Assembly: GCA_049968255.1 (NCBI GenBank)
Contig: JBMFRB010000009.1
Location: forward strand, 32,001 to 96,000
Reading direction: 5' to 3'
DNA from: Candidatus Sumerlaeaceae bacterium
GTDB lineage: Bacteria > Sumerlaeota > Sumerlaeia > Sumerlaeales > Sumerlaeaceae
DNA: 64,000 bases
The translations under genes and the position numbers were made by a program. Shown here one piece after another: positions 57,244 to 64,000 of the stretch (positions are counted from its first letter, which is position 1; each line of letters opens with the position of its first letter). The notes beneath the pieces are model-generated. The model was not told the origin of the DNA. It was given only the letters and a program-made list of their open reading frames with translations, and did not search any database.

Positions 57244-59016
57244 ATGAAATCAAGAGACGATAAAGACTCGAACTGTTTGGAATTACAGTTTCCGGAGAGT
57301 TCGACGGGGCTGCCTCATCCGTTGGCCGATTATCCGCTCGTGCGCGATTGGTTGGCTGGCGATGACAAGGCGCTGGAATTGTGCGAACCTTACGACCCCA
57401 CATGGCAGCGGGCGATTGAACGGCGTGACCGAAACTCGCCCGAACCACTTTCTCCGGCCGAAATCCAAGAGCTCACACAGTTCAATCTTGCCTACGGCAA
57501 TGTTGCTGGCGCGGCGCTCATTCCTGCGCTTGGCGTAGCGGGAACCCTCGCGGTCGTTGCTGGTCAACAGCCAAACCTCCTGGCCTCACCGCTTTTTATC
57601 CTCGTCAAAGCCATCGCCACGGTCGACCTCGCCAGGCAGATTTCGCAAAGGACAGGACGTCGCGTCGTGCCGATTTTCTGGGTGGCCTCTGATGACCACG
57701 ACTTTGCGGAACTGGCGCAATGCTATGTGCTAGGGCGCAGTGGTGCTCTGCGGAATCTGGCCGTTCTCGTGGTGCGCCACGGTGCGTTCGCAGAAGCCTC
57801 GCCGGCATTCGCATGGAATCTTGATCCTGTTGCGCCAGCCATCACGGCCGCCCTGCGTGGCGAATTGCCCACGGGGGTCGCGCGGGCGAACACTCTTGAT
57901 GCTGTGGAAAAAGCGCTCGTTGGCCCCGCCACATTCGAGAGCGTTTTTTGCCGCCTGCTTGCGGCGTACCTCGAAGATCATCCCATTATTTTTGTCGCGC
58001 CTCGCCTTCGATTCCTGCGACAGCGCCAACGTCCGCTTCTCCAAAAAGAACTAGAAAATTTCGAAAAGACAAACTTGGCCGTTGCAGAAGGCGGACGCAA
58101 TCTGAACCGCCACGGTTACCGGCCCCAGGTGCATCGCCGCGTCCACGACCTCAATTTTTTCTACATGCTTGATTCATTGCGCTGCCGCCTCGTTCACCGC
58201 GGCAAACGCGTGCACGTCGAGCATCCTCTGAAAAAGCAGGTGTTGAGTACTTTCCTTGTCGACGATCTACTCGGCCATGCTGAACGGCATTGGGAAAATT
58301 TTTCGCCGAATGTCGTTTTGCGTCCCCTGGTTCAGGATTATGCTCTGCCGACAGTCGCCTATGTTGCAGGACCGGCTGAGTTTACTTATCTCACCCAAAT
58401 TCGCCCAGTCTACGAGCTTTTCGGTGTGGAGCCAGCGCCGCCGGTGCTTCGGCCTATGCTCACGTTGCTCAGCAGCGCGACTCGGCAAACACTCGAGAGG
58501 CTCGGTGCTTGGGAAGCTTTTTTGCGCGGCGGGCTCTCGGCTGTTGTCGAGCATGTCGTCGAGGGTGATGCCCAGTTTGGGGAGACGCTGCGCCGCCTTC
58601 GCGCTCACGAAGACATGCTGCAGCGGGAGCTTTCGGCCCTTGGCACTAACCTGACGTTGCGCCATGCACATCTGGCTGTTGCGTTTGAAAAAACACGCCA
58701 TCACATTTCGACCGGCCTAAAAAAGCTTCGCCATCGAATTTTGCGACAATTCCGGCCACCCGACGACGACATGTGCCGCGACCTGTGCAGCGTATTCACC
58801 GAAGTCGCTCCTATGGCGACGGTGCAAGAGCGTGTGCTGAGTCCCCTGAGTTTTGGCAACGAGCTCGACCCACGGCAACTGGCAAATGCCATTGCAACTC
58901 TGCTCAAGAACTGGCATCCAACGGCAGACCCGCACGTTGGGGCAATCACTCCGCCTGGCTCGACACGCCGCAAAATTGCGCCAACGCCAACAAGTCAAGC
59001 CCTGACCACAGAATAA
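57244..59016 (+). CDS. bshC: Bacillithiol biosynthesis protein BshC
   Basis: VAGQQ, VPIFWVASDDHDF.E, FSPNVVLRPL.QD..LPT.AYVAGPAE..Y and QER. Confidence 0.85.
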   Translation: MKSRDDKDSNCLELQFPESSTGLPHPLADYPLVRDWLAGDDKALELCEPYDPTWQRAIERRDRNSPEPLSPAEIQELTQFNLAYGNVAGAALIPALGVAGTLAVVAGQQPNLLASPLFILVKAIATVDLARQISQRTGRRVVPIFWVASDDHDFAELAQCYVLGRSGALRNLAVLVVRHGAFAEASPAFAWNLDPVAPAITAALRGELPTGVARANTLDAVEKALVGPATFESVFCRLLAAYLEDHPIIFVAPRLRFLRQRQRPLLQKELENFEKTNLAVAEGGRNLNRHGYRPQVHRRVHDLNFFYMLDSLRCRLVHRGKRVHVEHPLKKQVLSTFLVDDLLGHAERHWENFSPNVVLRPLVQDYALPTVAYVAGPAEFTYLTQIRPVYELFGVEPAPPVLRPMLTLLSSATRQTLERLGAWEAFLRGGLSAVVEHVVEGDAQFGETLRRLRAHEDMLQRELSALGTNLTLRHAHLAVAFEKTRHHISTGLKKLRHRILRQFRPPDDDMCRDLCSVFTEVAPMATVQERVLSPLSFGNELDPRQLANAIATLLKNWHPTADPHVGAITPPGSTRRKIAPTPTSQALTTE

Positions 59017-59201
59017 CCGAGAATAAATCTGCAAACGGCGGATATTATGGCTTTCGCTGCACTTTGCCTAATGCGCAGAGGTAAAGCTCCTATTACAGCA
59101 CAAATCGTTAGAATAACACCACTTCAAAGAAGCCAACGCGCGTTCATGATGCCCAACAGTTGCTCCAGAAGACCCGGAGCGCCGAGGAGGATTTTTGCCT
59201 A

Positions 59202-62200
59202 ATGGTCAAACTAACCAACCGTAGCCTTCCCACCACACCCACGGGTCGCGTCAATTTCTCCCGTCTTAAGGAGGTTCTCGATGTTCCCTACCTGCTTGAG
59301 ACGATGAAGAAAAGCTACGACGAATTTCTGCAGGCGCATGTGCCGCCCGATATGCGGGAAAACGTGGGTCTCCAGGCCGCCTTCACGAGTATTTTCCCGA
59401 TCAAAGCCGCTAATTCTGAGACCAGTCTCGAGTTTGTGGAGTACACAATTGGCCGGCCCAAGTACACCGAGCAGGAGTGCTTGGAGCGAGGGTTGACCTA
59501 CGCGGCGCCTCTGCAGGCTAAGCTCCAACTGTGCGTGCGAGAGCGCAACCCTGAAACTGCCGAAGTGGACATTCGCGACATTCGCGAGCAGAACACCTAC
59601 ATTGGGGATATCCCGCTGATGACCGATCGGGGCACGTTCATCATCAATGGGGCCGAACGTGTCATCGTGTCGCAGTTACATCGTTCGCCGGGCGTGGCTT
59701 TCGGTTCGACGGTTCACTCCAATGGCAAAACCCTTTACGAAGCACGCGTCATCCCGAATTACGGGGCATGGATCGAGTTCAAAGTGGACATCAATGACGT
59801 CATGTACGTCGAGGTGGACCGCAAACGTAAAATGCTGGCCACGACCTTCCTGAAGTGTTTCGGGATGAGTGACAACGACGAAATTGCGCGGCGCTTCTTT
59901 AGGCTCAAGAAAGTACCCCTGGACGACTTCTCCCAGGGGGCTGTCCTTGTTGCTGAAGCCGTTGAAAAATACCTTGGCGCTCATTTTGTGGAGGATGTCA
60001 TCGATCCAAAAACGGGCGAGCGCCTCATTGAGAAGGGGGCGAAAGTCACAAAAAAGGCCGTCCAGCTTTTGCAATCGCATGGCATCAAGAAAGTGCATCT
60101 CGATGTGGCGCCTGCCTATGAGGGACTCATCGGCGCAGTGCTTGGGGCCGAAGTTGTTGATAAAAAAACTGGCGAAGTTTTGGGCGAGTGCTTCGAGAAG
60201 ATCACCACGACGCATCTGCGTCAGTTTGCGCTCGCTGGGGTGAAAGAAATCACCATCATCGACGTCCTCGAAAACGAAACCAACGTCATGCTTGCCACGG
60301 TGATCAAAGATAAGGTCACCACACGCGAAGAAGCTCTTGGCGAGCTGTTCAAACGTATGCGTCAGGGCACGCCCGTCACGCCTCAGGGAGCTCGGCGGCT
60401 ATTTGAAGAATTATTTGAAAATCCGCGGCGCTACGACCTCGGCTACGTCGGCCGTTATAAACTCAACAGGCGTTTTGGCCTCAACGTGCCCGAAGATTGC
60501 CGGTTGCTCACCGTCGACGACGTGGCAGCCATCATGAAGCATCTTGCGCAAATGGCTAAGGAAGGGCTCGAGGAAGACGATATCGATCATCTTGGCACTC
60601 GCCGCGTGCGCAGTGTTGGCGAGCTCTTCCAGAACCAGTTCCGTGCCGCGCTGGCGGAGCTCGAGCGCACAGCACGCGAAAAGATGAATCAGGGTGCTGA
60701 GCTTGAAAATCTCAATCCTCAGAGCCTGATCAATGCCAAGCCGATCATTGCTGCGGTTCGTGAGTTCTTCGGCCGTTCACCGTTGAGCCAGTTCATGGAC
60801 CAGATCAACCCGCTGAGCGAGCTTACCCATAAGCGGCGTCTCAGTGCGTTGGGACCAGGCGGCCTCAGCCGTGAACGCGCTGGCTTCGAAGTGCGCGATG
60901 TCCACCACACCCACTACGGCCGTATTTGCCCCATTGAGACGCCCGAGGGTCCAAACATCGGTCTGATTTCGTCGCTCTCCACCTATGCCCGGATCAATGC
61001 TCTTGGATTCATCGAGACGCCATATCGCCGCGTCGTGAAGGGCGTTGTGACCGATGAAATCGTTTACATGACCGCGGACGAAGAAGACAAATATGTCGTG
61101 GCCCAAGCCAACGCACCAGTGGATGAACAGGGGCAGCTGCTTGGCGAGCTGGTGTTGGCTCGTCGCCGGGGCGATTTCGTCGAAGTGCCTCCGCAGGAAG
61201 TGGATTTTATGGACGTGTCGCCAAAGCAGCTTGTCTCGGTGAGCGCTGCCCTTATTCCCTTCCTCGAGCACGACGACGCTAACCGCGCTCTCATGGGGTC
61301 GAACATGCAACGCCAGGCTGTGCCCCTTCTACGCACAGAAGCCCCCATCGTGGGAACTGGCCTCGAACATCGGGCTGCAGTGGATTCGGGTGCGTGCGTC
61401 CTCGCCCGCAACGATGGAATCGTTGAACGCGTCACAGCCAGCGAAATCGTTGTGCGCAACGAACTTGGGCAGCTCGATTACTACCCCCTGCTCAAGTACC
61501 GCCGCTCAAACCAAGATACCTGCCTGAACCAAAAGCCCATCGTCAACGAAGGCGATCAAGTGGAGGCAGGACAGGTCATTGCCGACGGTCCGGCTACGGA
61601 CCATGGCGAGCTGGCGTTGGGCCGCAATCTCCTGGTGGCCTTCATGCCATTTGGTGGCTACAACTTCGAAGACGCCATTGTCATTAGTGAGCGCGTGGTA
61701 AAAGATGACGCTTACACCTCGATCCACATCGAAGTCTTCTCCCACGATGCGCGTGAAACCAAGGCCGGCAAAGAGGAAATCACTCGCGACATTCCTAATG
61801 TGGGAGAAGAAAAACTCCGCAACCTCGATGAGAACGGCCTGATCATCATCGGCTCCGAGGTGAAACCGGGCGACTATCTCGTGGGCAAGGTCACGCCACG
61901 GCCTGAGCAGGAGCGTGGCCCTGAGGATCGCCTGTTAGCCGCCATCTTTGGCGACAAGAGCCACGACGTTCGGGATGCGTCATTGAAAGCTCCAGCGGGG
62001 TGCTATGGCACAGTCGTGGACGTGAAAATGTTCAGCCGCAAAGAGCGCTCTGCACGCTCGGACAAGCTCGACAAACAGGAAATTGAAAAAGTCGAACAGG
62101 AAAAAATGCGGTTGCTCGAAGATGAAGAAACAAACTTTAGCCGTCGGCTGACGGAGTTGCTCGCCAAAATCTCAAAGCCCATTGTCAATTATGAGACCGG

Positions 62201-63398
62201 CGAGGTTGTTCTCAAGCCCGGCCAGCGCGTGACCGAGGCAGCGGTCGATTATGTCAAACGCAGTCTTGCCGTCGGCGGCGTGATTCCCGTAGAAGGCGAG
62301 CTGGGTACGCGGATCAAAATCGCTTACCAAACCTACTTCACTCGCAAGCAGCAGATCGAGGAAGATGCGCGCAATCGTATTGACCGCATCAAAGCCGGCG
62401 AAGAGTTGCCCATGGGCGTCCTCAAAACCTGCAAAGTCTATGTGGCGGTGAAGCGCAAGCTTCAAGTGGGCGACAAGATGGCCGGTCGCCACGGAAATAA
62501 GGGGGTGGTAGCGAAGATCGTGCCGGAAGAAGATATGCCTTTCCTTGCAGATGGGCGCCGAGTGGATATCGTCCTCAACCCCTTGGGTGTGCCGTCGCGC
62601 ATGAACGTCGGCCAAATTCTCGAGACGCACCTCGGTTGGGCCGCTCAGGCACTTGGCTTTAAAGTGGCCACGCCGGTGTTCGACGGCGCCAAAGAGGATG
62701 AAATCCGCGAATTGCTCATCAAGGCACGCAATGAAAAACTCCGGCAAAGTGGCGACCATCGTGCGTTTGAAGAATTGTCGGATGCCGAGAAGATGCTAGA
62801 CCTGAATCCCACAGGCCAGGTTACGCTTTTCGACGGGGCGACAGGTGAACCCTTCGATACGCCGGTTACCGTGGGCTACATGTACATGATGAAACTGGCC
62901 CATCTCGTGGACGACAAGATGCATGCTCGCGCCACCGGCCCGTACTCGCTTGTCACGCAGCAACCGCTCGGCGGCAAGGCACAAGCGGGAGGCCAGCGCT
63001 TCGGCGAAATGGAGGTGTGGGCACTAGAAGCCTATGGCGCGGCTTACACCCTCCAGGAGATGCTGACCGTCAAGAGCGACGACATCGTGGGCCGCACCAA
63101 GATGTACGAGAATATCGTCCACGGGACGAACTTCCTCGAAGCAGGAGTCCCCGAAAGCTTCAACGTCCTTGTCAAGGAGCTCCAGGGCTTGTGCCTCAAC
63201 CTTGAGCTCCTGTGCGAAGAGGAAGAACTGCCCACCGTGAGCACGGCACTTGACGAAAGCATTCTCGCTCAGCGGCGCGAGGCCGGTGACTTCGACAGCG
63301 ACGATGATTTGGCCTCGACGTTTGCCGCGGCCGATGCAGAGGATGAAATCGAAGGCGAGCTCGATTCGGATGACTCGAACTCCGACGACGAGTTATAA
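59202..63398 (+). CDS. rpoB: DNA-directed RNA polymerase beta subunit
   Basis: [57 protein letters not shown] and [20 protein letters not shown] lies upstream. Confidence 0.99.
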   Translation: MVKLTNRSLPTTPTGRVNFSRLKEVLDVPYLLETMKKSYDEFLQAHVPPDMRENVGLQAAFTSIFPIKAANSETSLEFVEYTIGRPKYTEQECLERGLTYAAPLQAKLQLCVRERNPETAEVDIRDIREQNTYIGDIPLMTDRGTFIINGAERVIVSQLHRSPGVAFGSTVHSNGKTLYEARVIPNYGAWIEFKVDINDVMYVEVDRKRKMLATTFLKCFGMSDNDEIARRFFRLKKVPLDDFSQGAVLVAEAVEKYLGAHFVEDVIDPKTGERLIEKGAKVTKKAVQLLQSHGIKKVHLDVAPAYEGLIGAVLGAEVVDKKTGEVLGECFEKITTTHLRQFALAGVKEITIIDVLENETNVMLATVIKDKVTTREEALGELFKRMRQGTPVTPQGARRLFEELFENPRRYDLGYVGRYKLNRRFGLNVPEDCRLLTVDDVAAIMKHLAQMAKEGLEEDDIDHLGTRRVRSVGELFQNQFRAALAELERTAREKMNQGAELENLNPQSLINAKPIIAAVREFFGRSPLSQFMDQINPLSELTHKRRLSALGPGGLSRERAGFEVRDVHHTHYGRICPIETPEGPNIGLISSLSTYARINALGFIETPYRRVVKGVVTDEIVYMTADEEDKYVVAQANAPVDEQGQLLGELVLARRRGDFVEVPPQEVDFMDVSPKQLVSVSAALIPFLEHDDANRALMGSNMQRQAVPLLRTEAPIVGTGLEHRAAVDSGACVLARNDGIVERVTASEIVVRNELGQLDYYPLLKYRRSNQDTCLNQKPIVNEGDQVEAGQVIADGPATDHGELALGRNLLVAFMPFGGYNFEDAIVISERVVKDDAYTSIHIEVFSHDARETKAGKEEITRDIPNVGEEKLRNLDENGLIIIGSEVKPGDYLVGKVTPRPEQERGPEDRLLAAIFGDKSHDVRDASLKAPAGCYGTVVDVKMFSRKERSARSDKLDKQEIEKVEQEKMRLLEDEETNFSRRLTELLAKISKPIVNYETGEVVLKPGQRVTEAAVDYVKRSLAVGGVIPVEGELGTRIKIAYQTYFTRKQQIEEDARNRIDRIKAGEELPMGVLKTCKVYVAVKRKLQVGDKMAGRHGNKGVVAKIVPEEDMPFLADGRRVDIVLNPLGVPSRMNVGQILETHLGWAAQALGFKVATPVFDGAKEDEIRELLIKARNEKLRQSGDHRAFEELSDAEKMLDLNPTGQVTLFDGATGEPFDTPVTVGYMYMMKLAHLVDDKMHARATGPYSLVTQQPLGGKAQAGGQRFGEMEVWALEAYGAAYTLQEMLTVKSDDIVGRTKMYENIVHGTNFLEAGVPESFNVLVKELQGLCLNLELLCEEEELPTVSTALDESILAQRREAGDFDSDDDLASTFAAADAEDEIEGELDSDDSNSDDEL

Positions 63399-63498
63399 GT
63401 TTCACGCCGACGCGAGAGAGGCTAAAGACCGGCTTGGCCTTGTCTTGACGAATCTCGAAAGCCGGTAAACGCATTCAAAAACTAACACAAACCCGTAA

Positions 63499-64000
<502 letters not shown>

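Noticed and set aside
60760-60870. Rifampicin-resistance substitutions in rpoB
   Set aside because: The key Gln, Asp, His and Ser positions in SQFMDQ...[10 protein letters not shown] are canonical.

Overview
Gene-dense bacterial chromosomal window with moderately high GC (by eye) and about 46 protein-coding genes. I found no rRNA, tRNA, CRISPR array, transposase, integrase or prophage. Housekeeping genes include infB, rnj, folP, nrdR, ugd, rpoB and the 5' end of rpoC, and several sit outside their usual operons. Accessory genes include an arsR-arsC-acr3 operon, a marR-ABC-copA run, glycosyltransferases, GH57 and GH116-like glycosidases, pilT, an MglA-like GTPase and bshC. The unusual gene order and a C-terminal 'AVDWxLxE' tail on a secreted protein tentatively suggest Candidatus Sumerlaeota (BRC1) or a related lineage; this is inference only. 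The most notable observations are: (1) an N-acyl-amide synthase/class V aminotransferase fusion with the architecture of N-acyl-serinol synthase, in a co-oriented run with a HAD phosphatase, ROK kinase, methyltransferase and radical SAM protein; (2) that radical SAM protein appears to be a degenerate copy fused to an intact copy; (3) a stand-alone nrdR with tandem NrdR-like boxes and four DnaA-box-like sites upstream; (4) a sigma-54-type promoter upstream of a small secreted peptide and a four-LTxxQ Spy/CpxP-like protein; (5) a candidate structured sRNA at about 10.5 kb; (6) a candidate lineage-specific C-terminal sorting motif; (7) an insertion in the RpoC N-terminus. All calls come from reading motifs by eye; no searches were run.
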